A DNA stretch of 63,051 nt from a virus. Taxonomy: Duplodnaviria; Caudoviricetes. The position numbers were made by a program, and so were the translations under genes. Location: positions 1 to 63,051 of the IMG/VR virus record IMGVR_UViG_3300036845_000466. One strand, written 5' to 3'. A model generated the notes under the pieces. That model made no database searches. It was not told where the DNA came from and worked only from the letters and a program-made list of their open reading frames with translations. Positions 55,041 to 63,051 of this stretch are shown piece by piece; positions within the stretch are counted from its first letter, which is position 1; the number at the start of each line of letters is the position of its first letter.

Positions 55041-56675
55041 TCATGCCATCCGCCCCGGCGGCGGGGACATCGCGGGCTTGGGCGGCGGGCCGGCCGCCGT
55101 GTTCGGCATCTTCAGCCCAGGCACCGCGCCGCCCCCGCCCCCGCCTGCGCGGGCGCCCGGCGGCGGCGGCGGCCGGAGCCCGCCGTTGCTGTTTCCGTGC
55201 TGTGCAATCAGCCCGCCGGCTGCCTGCGTGAGCCCCTGCAGACCGCCGAGCGCGCCGGCTGCCTCGGGCGGCATGCCAGGGGGCGGGTTGCCTGCTAGCT
55301 GCTCTGCCCGCTGGCTGGCCGTCGACACCAGGGCGTCATGCACCTGGTCCACGTCGAGCTGGAGGATGGTGGCCATCCGCTCGGTGATCAGGTCGAGCAC
55401 CGGCACCGGGATGTGCAGCGCGGGCGCGGCGGCCAGCTGGCCGAACAGGGTCAGCAGCGCCTGGATCTGCTCGTCCTGCAGCGGGCCGAACTTGAACGTC
55501 GGGAACGCGGCCTTCGAGCCGTAGTTGACGATGATCAGCGGCCTGATGATGCCGTAACTGAACGACTCGGCTATTTCCTTGGACACAGCCTGGCGGGACT
55601 TCAGGTAGAACGACGACTGGTCCTGGCTCAGCGCGTAGCTGCCCTTGCCGCCGGTGGCCGAGCCGGTCAGCGCCATGAATCCGGCCAGGACGGAGTGCGT
55701 CTGCCAGCCCTCGAGGAAGCCGAGCGCCTCCTGGAAGAACTTGCCGCCGTCGCCGCCCGACTCGATCGTCTCGAACGCCTTGCCGTTGTCGGCCGGGCGC
55801 ACCAGGCCGACCACGCCGGAGGACTTCAGCTCGGAGATGTCAGACGCGCGGCTGTTGGCCTCGGGCTGGTCGTTGCCGTAGACCACCGTGCGGGGCAGCG
55901 CCTGGTTCTCCAGGAAGTGGTACCAGAGGTAGAGCAGCTTCATCTTGGTCTGGTAGCACCAGTAGGAGATCTCCATCTCCGACGTGCCGGTCAGCGGTTC
56001 CTGCTCTTTGCCGTGCGTGTAGATGTAGCTGCGCACCTTGGGGATGTCGACGTACCCCGGGACTTTCTGGTGCTGCGTGACCTGCAAGTTCCCGCCGAAC
56101 AGCCAGACCTGCTGCCTGAAACCGTTCTGCTCGCCTGTCCGGTCGTTGTACCGCGCCTGGCAGGTGGCGGGCGGCCGGTAGGCGATCTTGTCGTAGATGA
56201 TCTTCTCGTCTTCGTCGCGGACCTTGAAGGTCTTCTCGAAGAACGACCGCCGGTAGATCTGCGCGGTAGTAATCTGCCCGATCAGCTCGTGGACCGGGGT
56301 ACGCATTCCGCCTTCGGTGTCGGGCGTCATGATCACCGAGTTGATGAATTCGGCCTCGCCCTTGTCGCCCTTGGCCGGCTCGATCGAGAAGTCGGCCTCG
56401 CGGATCGGGAGGGTAAGCACCAGGCGCACCGCGTTCGCCACGCCGTCACGGGCGAACATCGTCTTCATGTCACGGCTGGTCCACTCACCGTAATCGAACA
56501 CATCACCTTCGCCGTAATAGGCGAACAGGCGCTGTCCCCAGTCAAACTGGGTGCCGATCTCGGGACCCATCAGGGCCCTGCGGCCACCGTAGGGTTTGGA
56601 GCCAGGCGGGGCGATATCGGGGAACTCAACGACGTTGCCGCCGCCGGGCACCTTGAATCCCTTGCCAGTCGCCAC
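55041..56675 (-). CDS. portal protein (Mu gp29/DUF935-like)
   Basis: RDGVANAV...LTLPI, SFFEK, GSYALS, IIRPLIIVNYG; downstream of terminase. Confidence 0.88.
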   Translation of the reverse strand: MATGKGFKVPGGGNVVEFPDIAPPGSKPYGGRRALMGPEIGTQFDWGQRLFAYYGEGDVFDYGEWTSRDMKTMFARDGVANAVRLVLTLPIREADFSIEPAKGDKGEAEFINSVIMTPDTEGGMRTPVHELIGQITTAQIYRRSFFEKTFKVRDEDEKIIYDKIAYRPPATCQARYNDRTGEQNGFRQQVWLFGGNLQVTQHQKVPGYVDIPKVRSYIYTHGKEQEPLTGTSEMEISYWCYQTKMKLLYLWYHFLENQALPRTVVYGNDQPEANSRASDISELKSSGVVGLVRPADNGKAFETIESGGDGGKFFQEALGFLEGWQTHSVLAGFMALTGSATGGKGSYALSQDQSSFYLKSRQAVSKEIAESFSYGIIRPLIIVNYGSKAAFPTFKFGPLQDEQIQALLTLFGQLAAAPALHIPVPVLDLITERMATILQLDVDQVHDALVSTASQRAEQLAGNPPPGMPPEAAGALGGLQGLTQAAGGLIAQHGNSNGGLRPPPPPGARAGGGGGGAVPGLKMPNTAAGPPPKPAMSPPPGRMA

Positions 56676-56735
56676 CGTCTACCTCCCTGCCCATAGGGTA
56701 CAGACAGGCAGGTAGATGTGACAGCAAGGCGGGTC

Positions 56736-56897
56736 TTAGTCCTGGTTCTTCTCTTCCTCCCGCAGCTCTGCGAGCACCTGGTCAGCGAATCGCCGGACCT
56801 CGCCGGTCGGGTCGCCCTGCATGTGCAGGCGCTGCATCCGCGACGGCCAGGTCTGGTACTTCCGCCAGTAGCCGATATAGGCCAGTAGCATCTTCAC
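56736..56897 (-). CDS. hypothetical protein
   Basis: GTGA coupling to the upstream small gene. Confidence 0.55.
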   Translation of the reverse strand: MKMLLAYIGYWRKYQTWPSRMQRLHMQGDPTGEVRRFADQVLAELREEEKNQD

Positions 56898-57073
56898 GCG
56901 GTCCGCCTCTCGTGCGCTGGCACCAGTCCGGTCCACCGTCCATTGCGCTTGACAGGGCGCTTGACCCCGAGAGACACCGGACCACGGTGGCAAACCGCGC
57001 AGATCGGTGCTCCCGTCCCCGATCCCCACATGGTGTGGGAACCGGGGCACTTCCGTACGTCGTCCCTGCTCAT
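56894..57073 (-). CDS. small Cys/His protein
   Basis: MSRDDVRKCPGS...CAVC...VPAH; ATGA coupling. Confidence 0.6.
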   Translation of the reverse strand: MSRDDVRKCPGSHTMWGSGTGAPICAVCHRGPVSLGVKRPVKRNGRWTGLVPAHERRTA

Positions 57074-57573
57074 GCCGGGCTCCCTGCTGTAGCAACGACT
57101 TCCACGTTGCTCTCGGCGGTCCAGTGGACGGTGCCGTCCGCGTCCTTGAGCCCGACCCGGCGCCCGTAGCGCCCTTCGCCTGCCCAGATGACCGTGCCCT
57201 GCGTGCCGACCGGGACCTTGCGCCCCTTGACTACCCGGACTTCCCTGCCCTTGGCGACCTTCGCTGCCTCGGCCGCCATGTAGGCGTCGTACCGTTCGGC
57301 TGCCAGGCGGGCCTTCCAGGCGTCGTACGCGGCCTGCACCTCGGGCGTGGCGTCCGCCGTCGCGCTGTTGTTGTAGGTCCAGCCCCGGGTGCTGGCGTAG
57401 CCGACCTCGCGGGGCTCGCCGGCCTCGGCGTCCCAGACCATCGCGTAGAAATCGCTGTCGTCGTGCCAGTTGTGCTCGCCGGTGAACAGGACCAGGCCCT
57501 CGTAGGTGACCGTGTATTCGTCCGCCTGCGGGCGCCACTCGTCCGGTCCGCCGTTCCAGGTCTTGACTGCCAT
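57070..57573 (-). CDS. hypothetical protein with KOW/SH3-like C-terminus
   Basis: Own promoter and AGGGAGAAGAT; KGREVRVVKGRKVPVGTQGTV. Confidence 0.75.
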   Translation of the reverse strand: MAVKTWNGGPDEWRPQADEYTVTYEGLVLFTGEHNWHDDSDFYAMVWDAEAGEPREVGYASTRGWTYNNSATADATPEVQAAYDAWKARLAAERYDAYMAAEAAKVAKGREVRVVKGRKVPVGTQGTVIWAGEGRYGRRVGLKDADGTVHWTAESNVEVVATAGSPA

Positions 57574-57601
57574 CTGATCTTCTCCCTGAGTAGTTCCTTG
57601 T

Positions 57602-57636
57602 ACTTCTATCAACACTCCAGGTCAGTGGTTCATTCC
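57602..57636 (-). promoter_or_regulatory. SigR/SigH-like promoter
   Basis: Reverse complement reads GGAAT-N18-GTTGATAGAAGT. Confidence 0.75.
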
Positions 57637-59286
57637 CTACCGCCAGTCGACGTGGTTGGCGCGCGGTCCCGGGGCGGTCGCCTCGGTCTGCGGGGCAAAG
57701 TCGTCCAGGTCCCAGCCGCCGCCGGCGTGGTCGAGCAGCCCGCCGTGCGCGCCCTTCAGCCGCTTGCGTGAAATACCGCTGGCCGGCCGGTCGACTCCTG
57801 CCTGGCTGTCGATCTCGTCCTTGGCCGCCCACTTGAACGCCTTGGCCTTAGTCGGCACGTCCTCGAACGTGGCGTTCAGGAACGGCGTGCACGCCCATAC
57901 GAGGGAGTCGAGCCGGTCAGGCGACCGCTCGTCCTTGGCCCCGGTGAACGTAGCCATCTGGTCTTCCAGCTCGGCCAGCTTCACGATGTCGCGGTGCCAC
58001 TTGGTCGCCCCGGTCTCCGGGTCGACGATCTCGTAGGTCTGGCCGTCGTAGCAGTGCCTGACCACGCCGCGCTCGTACAGCGCGCTGACCGGTTCGGCCC
58101 GGGTGCGCTTGGACTTCGACGCGTCGACCACGGTGACGGCCGGCCGGTTGCCGTCCGGTATCTGCCCGGAGTCGTCGAGCTGCTTCATCACCTGGGCGAA
58201 CACCGTGGTCAGCCAGCGCCCGCCGTGGTTCTTCTCCACCACGATCGTGGCGTGCCACTTCACCGCCTCGAGGATGACCCGGCGCGCGAACGCGGCGGGC
58301 GGCTCCTGGCCGCCCCAGTTCTTGGCCACGTAGAGCGAGCCGGTGAACATGCCGGCGATGGTGTACGCCTGCTCGTCGCTCGACTCGGTGCCGTCCGATG
58401 GGTCGACGCCGATGATCGCGCGGTGCAGGTAGTCCGGGCCGCCTTCCTGGCCGACCATCGGCACCTGGATGCCGTCGAGCTGGTCGCGCGTCCACAGCGC
58501 GTTGGCCACGTCCTCGAGCAGCTCGCCCTCCAGCTCCTGCCGCTCGAGCCGGGTGCCCTTGGCCGAGCCGACCACGGTCCGGTAGAACGCGCTGGACAGG
58601 TTGGCCACGTTGTCGACGGTCCGCAGCTTGCGGGTGATCACGCCGCCCTCGCCCGGGTCGTTGCGGATCAGCGAGCGCACCAGCGCGCGGGCCGGCCGCG
58701 ACGCCTTGGGCGTGCCGGTGGCGATGATGACCGACTCGCCCATGCGGACCGCGTACTTCAGCGACTCGTTCCAGGTGGTGTCCCACTTGTCCCACAGGCC
58801 CACCTCGTCGCACCAGGCGGCGCGCAGGTTGCGCCCCTGGATGCGCAGGCCGCCCTCGGCCGCGCTGTCGGCGTAGATCACGATACCGTTGTGCAGGATG
58901 ACCTGGCCGTAGGTCCGCCAGGCCGACCTGACCGTCTTGCTCGTGTGGCTCTTGATCTCTTTCATCGACGTGCCGAGCGCCCGCAGGATGCCGCTTTCGC
59001 CCTCCACGCACTTGGTCCAGGCGTCGGCGTAAGTCGGGGCGACGATCGCGTACTCGCCCTCGCCGCCGGTGTCGGCCATCACCAGGTCGGCCAGGCCCTG
59101 CGCGCCGGCCCGGGTCTTGCCCGACCCGCGCCCGCCCTGGAGGTAGAAGACGCGCCAGGTGCCGTCGCGCTTCGGCAGCAGCTGCTCAGGCCGGGCAGTC
59201 ATCCGCCAGGCCAGGCGCGGGTCGTCGGGGGTCTTCCCGATTCTCGTCTCGAAAAGATCCAGCGCGGCGAGGTCGCGGTTGGTCAC
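57637..59286 (-). CDS. terminase large subunit
   Basis: GGRGSGKT, AWCDE, TGTP, IGVDPS, VVEKNHGG, SPDRLDS. Confidence 0.95.
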   Translation of the reverse strand: MTNRDLAALDLFETRIGKTPDDPRLAWRMTARPEQLLPKRDGTWRVFYLQGGRGSGKTRAGAQGLADLVMADTGGEGEYAIVAPTYADAWTKCVEGESGILRALGTSMKEIKSHTSKTVRSAWRTYGQVILHNGIVIYADSAAEGGLRIQGRNLRAAWCDEVGLWDKWDTTWNESLKYAVRMGESVIIATGTPKASRPARALVRSLIRNDPGEGGVITRKLRTVDNVANLSSAFYRTVVGSAKGTRLERQELEGELLEDVANALWTRDQLDGIQVPMVGQEGGPDYLHRAIIGVDPSDGTESSDEQAYTIAGMFTGSLYVAKNWGGQEPPAAFARRVILEAVKWHATIVVEKNHGGRWLTTVFAQVMKQLDDSGQIPDGNRPAVTVVDASKSKRTRAEPVSALYERGVVRHCYDGQTYEIVDPETGATKWHRDIVKLAELEDQMATFTGAKDERSPDRLDSLVWACTPFLNATFEDVPTKAKAFKWAAKDEIDSQAGVDRPASGISRKRLKGAHGGLLDHAGGGWDLDDFAPQTEATAPGPRANHVDWR

Positions 59287-60026
59287 CCGGCTAGCTCGCC
59301 CTGCACAACCTTGAGGTGCCGGCGGAACGCCTGGCGGGCCCCGTTGATGCCGTCGAGCCCGACGCCCGATTCCTCGAGCGCGGCATCCAGCGCCCGCTCG
59401 AGCATGTTGGCGGTCTGCTGGTGCACCCCGGCCAGGCGTTCCTCGATCTTCAGTTTGGAGATCTGGATCAGGATGTGCGCGAACCGCTCGAGAGCGCGCT
59501 CGTAGAGCAGCACCTCCATGCGCAGCTGCTCGCCGGTCTTGACCGTGGTGTAGCGGACCTTGGACATCTCGATCAGCTTGGTCGTGACCTCGCGCATGAT
59601 CTCTTTGAACTCGCCCATCTCGGCCGCCAGGTCGAGCAGCTCGTTCAGCGGGTCACCGATCGGCGAGGGGTGCAGCAGCCGCTGGCCGTTCTCGGCCATG
59701 ATCTCCGCCAGCCGGTCGGTGATCTTGCCTTCCACGGTGCGCCCGGCGGCCTGGTTGCGCGCCACGCTGCCCGCGTTGGCGCCGTGGTTCTTGCACTGCG
59801 GCGGGACGGTGTTGTAGACCGCGTACTGGCGGCAGGCGTCCGGCTCACCGAAGTCGTGCCGGCAGCGCCGGCGGCCGGTGACTTCCTCGGCTTCCTCCAG
59901 GTACTCGTCGGGCACGTGCAGCAGGCAGTACTCGAGCCCCTCGATCTCGCAGTTGCCGCACCTGTGCCCGGTCTTCGCGGTAAACAGGCACTTCGCGGTC
60001 CCCTCGCCCGGCTGACCCGGCATCAC
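59283..60026 (-). CDS. putative terminase small subunit
   Basis: Immediately upstream of the large subunit; CKNHGA motif; helical C-terminus. Confidence 0.65.
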   Translation of the reverse strand: MMPGQPGEGTAKCLFTAKTGHRCGNCEIEGLEYCLLHVPDEYLEEAEEVTGRRRCRHDFGEPDACRQYAVYNTVPPQCKNHGANAGSVARNQAAGRTVEGKITDRLAEIMAENGQRLLHPSPIGDPLNELLDLAAEMGEFKEIMREVTTKLIEMSKVRYTTVKTGEQLRMEVLLYERALERFAHILIQISKLKIEERLAGVHQQTANMLERALDAALEESGVGLDGINGARQAFRRHLKVVQGELAG

Positions 60027-60307
60027 GGCTCCCTGCTGTCGATGTGGTCGGCTAGCAAGCCGGTCGTGACCAGCGAGAATACCCCGGTCCAGAGCGGTAC
60101 GAACAAGATCATCGCGATCGCCGCCACCACGTAGGCCCAGCCGTGCAGCGCGAGGTCGCAGCCGTCCGTCGTCGTCAGGCCGACCGTGCAGTAGACGCCG
60201 TGCCAGGCGGGGACGTGCTCGGCCGCCGCCATCAGGTAGCCGGTAACCACGTCGGCGAACACGACGGCGCCGAGCAGCCAGCCGGCCCGGTGATGGTGGC
60301 GGTTCAC
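60023..60307 (-). CDS. two-TM potassium-channel-like protein (Ion_trans_2-like)
   Basis: TM1, AE, pore-helix-like GVYCTVGLTTTDGCD, TM2 VVAAIAMILFVPLWTGVFSLVT; GTGA and ATGA overlaps. Confidence 0.65.
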   Translation of the reverse strand: MNRHHHRAGWLLGAVVFADVVTGYLMAAAEHVPAWHGVYCTVGLTTTDGCDLALHGWAYVVAAIAMILFVPLWTGVFSLVTTGLLADHIDSREP

Positions 60308-60672
60308 ATCCGCTGCCCGCCCTGCGAGCGAAGCTCGGCCAGGATCTCGCGCAGCAAGTCGTCGGTGGTCTCCTGCGCCCGGCCCTCGTCTTCGTGCAGC
60401 GTGCACCACGGGGTGCCCTTGACCTTGTGCTTGCCGAGCCGCCAGCAGCCCTCGTGGTGGCAGTTGTGCACGTGGTAGAGCGCGGTGACCGCCGACAGCA
60501 GGGTGAACGCGGTCAGCGCCGGGATGAACCCGCTCAGCAGCTGGTAGGTCCACGGCGTCCCGGCCGGCACCGGCCAGGCGCCCATCGAGAAGCGCAGCCC
60601 GTACGGGTGGTACAGGCCGAGCCACGTCAGGGTGACCGCCCAGAGTGCCGCCAGGGCCGCGAACAGCTTCAC
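60304..60672 (-). CDS. membrane protein with Cys/His motif
   Basis: Two hydrophobic segments, then CHHEGCWRLG...CTLH. Confidence 0.68.
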   Translation of the reverse strand: MKLFAALAALWAVTLTWLGLYHPYGLRFSMGAWPVPAGTPWTYQLLSGFIPALTAFTLLSAVTALYHVHNCHHEGCWRLGKHKVKGTPWCTLHEDEGRAQETTDDLLREILAELRSQGGQRM

Positions 60673-60697
60673 GTGCCCATTATGGGGCGGGCCCGGC

Positions 60698-61165
60698 CTA
60701 AACGGACAGCGGCGCGGCGAGCATCGCGAGGAAGTGGTCGGTCCGGGCGATCATCTCGGCCACGGTCAGGTCGGCGTCCTCGGCTGCGGACAGCTGCGCC
60801 CGGGGCATCGGCGCGGTCGGCAGCGGGCCGGAAACGCGGCTGCTGGGCACGTAGCCAGGGGCCGGGCGGAACACCGGCCGGGGCCGGGCAACCAGCGCCG
60901 GCTGCTGGACGGTCTTGTCCAGGTAGGCCGCCAGGCCCGTCTCCGGCCAGCCGAACTGGGCCCCGTCGTAGGACGGCAGCGTCCTGCCCTGGATCTCCTG
61001 CTCCCAGACCTCGCGCTCGGCCTGCGTCGGCTTGCCCCAGACCTCGCCCTCGGCGTCGTCGGTCAGCCGCTTGTCGAGCGCCTTGTAGACGATGAAGATG
61101 ATGATCAGTGCGCCCTGGAAGACGATAAACGCGAAGAGGGCTTTGCCGGTTACGTCGAATGTCAT
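60698..61165 (-). CDS. single-TM protein
   Basis: N-terminal TM; AGGGAGAAAGATC upstream. Confidence 0.68.
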   Translation of the reverse strand: MTFDVTGKALFAFIVFQGALIIIFIVYKALDKRLTDDAEGEVWGKPTQAEREVWEQEIQGRTLPSYDGAQFGWPETGLAAYLDKTVQQPALVARPRPVFRPAPGYVPSSRVSGPLPTAPMPRAQLSAAEDADLTVAEMIARTDHFLAMLAAPLSV

Positions 61166-61191
61166 GATCTTTCTCCCTGTTGTGGTTTGGG

Positions 61192-61218
61192 GGCCCCGGC
61201 AGGGGACCTGCCGGGGCC
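61192..61218 (-). terminator. perfect stem-loop
   Basis: GGCCCCGGCAGG-GGA-CCTGCCGGGGCC in an intergenic gap. Confidence 0.65.
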
Positions 61219-61230
61219 GGCTTGCTCAGC

Positions 61231-61602
61231 TCAGGCGGTCGGGGCGGGCGGGGTCGCGACGGGCGCGGTCTGCGTCTGGGACGCGGCGGTCACGTCGGAC
61301 ACGGACTGGACGAGGCCCTGCTGCGTCGAGGCGATCGACGCGACGGCGGAGTCGAGCGCCGAGGTGTCGACGTTCTGCGGGAGCGCGGCGACAGCGGTCC
61401 TGATCGCGGCCACGTCGGTCTCGAGCTGTGCGGACTGCGCCTGTACGGCGCTGACCAGGTTCTGCACGGCGGTGGTGTCCGCGTTGATCGCGGCCTGCTG
61501 CTGGCTGATGTCAGACATGATGATCTCCAGTTTCCTGTTGAGACGCTGCTCCATCGCGAGCAGCTGTTCCCTGGTACTGCGGTCGTGCTCGAAAAGCTCC
61601 AT
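61231..61602 (-). CDS. coiled-coil hypothetical protein
   Basis: MELFEHD...; TAATG coupling to the HNH-like gene. Confidence 0.65.
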   Translation of the reverse strand: MELFEHDRSTREQLLAMEQRLNRKLEIIMSDISQQQAAINADTTAVQNLVSAVQAQSAQLETDVAAIRTAVAALPQNVDTSALDSAVASIASTQQGLVQSVSDVTAASQTQTAPVATPPAPTA

Positions 61603-61946
61603 TACGTCACCTTGGCAAATCGCCCGCGCGCATCGTGGAGCGGATTCCTGACGACTCCACGCTGACGTGCACCGATCTGATCGTATGACCTGTGGCACAG
61701 CCGGCACAGGGCAATGTAATCCGCCCAGGGGTCCTCGCCGTCTGTGCCGTGGACCGTAGCCCAGTCGCGGGCTTGCGTACGTCTTCCCAGCTCGAGGCAC
61801 TTGACGCACTCGTGGTCACTGGCCTTGCCGCGCCGCCGAACCACGCGCTGATGGCGGGTACGGACCCCAGCCGACTCGCCCTTGAACTGCGCACGATCGG
61901 CTAGCGTCTTGTGTCGCTTGCAAGTACACTGACTTGAACACTTCAT
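61602..61946 (-). CDS. HNH-like endonuclease
   Basis: HQRV...GKAS..CVKC...W...YIALCRLCHRSYD. Confidence 0.65.
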   Translation of the reverse strand: MKCSSQCTCKRHKTLADRAQFKGESAGVRTRHQRVVRRRGKASDHECVKCLELGRRTQARDWATVHGTDGEDPWADYIALCRLCHRSYDQIGARQRGVVRNPLHDARGRFAKVT

Positions 61947-61959
61947 CTAAATAACGCCT

Positions 61960-62730
61960 CTAACAGCCGTCATAAGGCGTCCAGTCCGAGTATCCGTCAT
62001 CGGCCACGGTCTGGGCGAACACCGCGTTCTGCTCGGCGACCGAGGCGTTGCCGAAGCTGGCGGCCGACCCGCCGTGGGCGACCCAGGTCGACTCGCTGAA
62101 CTGGTAGAGCCCCCAGTGCCCGCTGGCGTTCCAGATGTTCGGATTGCCGCCCGACTCCGCGCGGATGATGCAGCTCTGCATGCCGCCCGCGCCGGAGTAA
62201 CTTCCAACGGCCGGGGCACTCTGGTTGGAATGACCGGTCGTCACTCCAACGGAGCTTTGAACCGCTGCCTCCACTGGCTGCTGCTGCGCAGGCGCGGCCG
62301 GAGCCGGAGCCGGCGGGGCCGGGTAGGTGTAGCCGGGGTCAGAGCAGCTGACCTTGAGGCGCTGGCCGGGCTCGATCATGTCGGGCCCGCCGGTGAGGGT
62401 CTTGCTGTTCGCCTTGTACAGGCCGGACCAGTCGGCGGCGGTGCCGCAGGCGGTCTTGGACAGGGCCGACAGCGTGTCTCCTGAGTGCACCGTCACTGAG
62501 CCAGGGACGGTAGCCAGGTGGGCGGAGACGAACGCTACGGCGCCGCCAGGGGCGGTCTGCGCTGCGGGGGCGGCCGGGCGGTCCGGCGGCGAGAAGTGGA
62601 ACGGGAGCAGCGAGACGACGGCGGCTGTCAGGGCGAAGACACTGACGGGGCGTCCCGATGCGAAGTTGTTACTGGTGAGGCGGAAAATTAGTCCTGAAAT
62701 CCGTTGTTTCAGGAGACGCTGAGCGCCCAT
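61960..62730 (-). CDS. resuscitation-promoting factor-like lytic transglycosylase with LysM
   Basis: LysM VHSGDTLSAL...IEPGQRL; C-terminal CIIRAESGGN...GLYQFSESTW...ASVAEQ...W...C; hydrophobic N-terminal segment; start uncertain. Confidence 0.88.
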   Translation of the reverse strand: MGAQRLLKQRISGLIFRLTSNNFASGRPVSVFALTAAVVSLLPFHFSPPDRPAAPAAQTAPGGAVAFVSAHLATVPGSVTVHSGDTLSALSKTACGTAADWSGLYKANSKTLTGGPDMIEPGQRLKVSCSDPGYTYPAPPAPAPAAPAQQQPVEAAVQSSVGVTTGHSNQSAPAVGSYSGAGGMQSCIIRAESGGNPNIWNASGHWGLYQFSESTWVAHGGSAASFGNASVAEQNAVFAQTVADDGYSDWTPYDGC

Positions 62731-62856
62731 TTAGCCCTATCCTTTGCTCGGACGGTTTCTGCCGCAGGACGGGGCACTTTGCCAGGAGATATCCCGCTGA
62801 CGGCGCATCGAACCATGACGATAGCAGGCGGTATTCGTTTTCGGCCTGTATCGGCA

Positions 62857-62907
62857 CAAAAAGAGACTCCCCGCAGCTAGCAACTGGCTACAGGGAGTCT
62901 CTTTTCG
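62857..62907. terminator. intrinsic terminator, probably bidirectional
   Basis: AAAAGAGACTCCC...GGGAGTCTCTTTT stem with T runs on both strands. Confidence 0.8.
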
Positions 62908-62909
62908 TT

Positions 62910-63050
62910 CTACTTGGTGGTCACCACGTTGATCCAGCCGACCCGGGCGCCGGGGATCGGCGTCCCGTTGGCGTAGGCCGGGGTGAACGAGATGTCGTAG
63001 GTGTGCCCGGCTGCCAGGCCCCACCAGAAGCCGATGCCCTGGTGCGGAAC
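62910..63050 (-). CDS. partial CDS, FN3-like C-terminal end
   Basis: Read by eye: ...GLAAGHTYDISFTPAYANGTPIPGARVGWINVVTTK-stop. Confidence 0.5.
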   Translation of the reverse strand, partial: VPHQGIGFWWGLAAGHTYDISFTPAYANGTPIPGARVGWINVVTTK

Positions 63051-63051
63051 C

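Noticed and set aside
62690-62860. Canonical c-di-AMP (ydaO) or c-di-GMP-I riboswitch upstream of rpf
   Set aside because: Only fragments (CCGTCAGC, GGCAAA, GCAAAG) match; core consensus elements and their order were not found by eye
1-63051. Window as a complete circular genome
   Set aside because: The minus-strand ORF starting near 52 is not in frame with the partial ORF at the right end, and no terminal repeat was seen
1-63051. Integrase, repressor, tRNA or reverse transcriptase (DGR/retron) genes
   Set aside because: No recombinase, RT or cloverleaf signatures recognised; lifestyle cannot be settled because the window may be incomplete

Overview
High-GC actinobacteriophage (siphovirus-like) sequence covering most of a genome. 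Left part (1-23.7 kb): a minus-strand Prim-Pol and SF3/D5 helicase beside a repeat-rich candidate origin, then a plus-strand replication/recombination block (family A DNA polymerase, RuvC-like resolvase, Lsr2-like protein, SNF2 helicase, PD-(D/E)XK nuclease, AAA ATPase, SSB-like protein) and a DUF932-led array of small genes. Right part (23.7-63 kb, minus strand): Rpf-LysM, HNH-like protein, a tiny K+-channel-like protein, terminases, Mu-like portal, membrane trio, MuF, about 9 kb of modular proteins, Mu-like prohead protease, major capsid, neck, tail and a GH25 endolysin. No integrase, repressor, tRNA or CRISPR array was recognised. Best candidates for new biology: (1) a head-cargo polyprotein cluster whose enzyme modules (kinase, zincin, glycosylase-like) are separated by a recurring I-[EDG]-L linker also present in the prohead protease and often followed by an R-x-x-x-G-x-W tag; (2) five GGAAT-N18-GTTGATAGAAGT promoters matching the SigR/SigH stress sigma consensus; (3) a 94-aa channel-like protein with an altered filter. 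All family assignments are from motif recognition by eye, not database searches.
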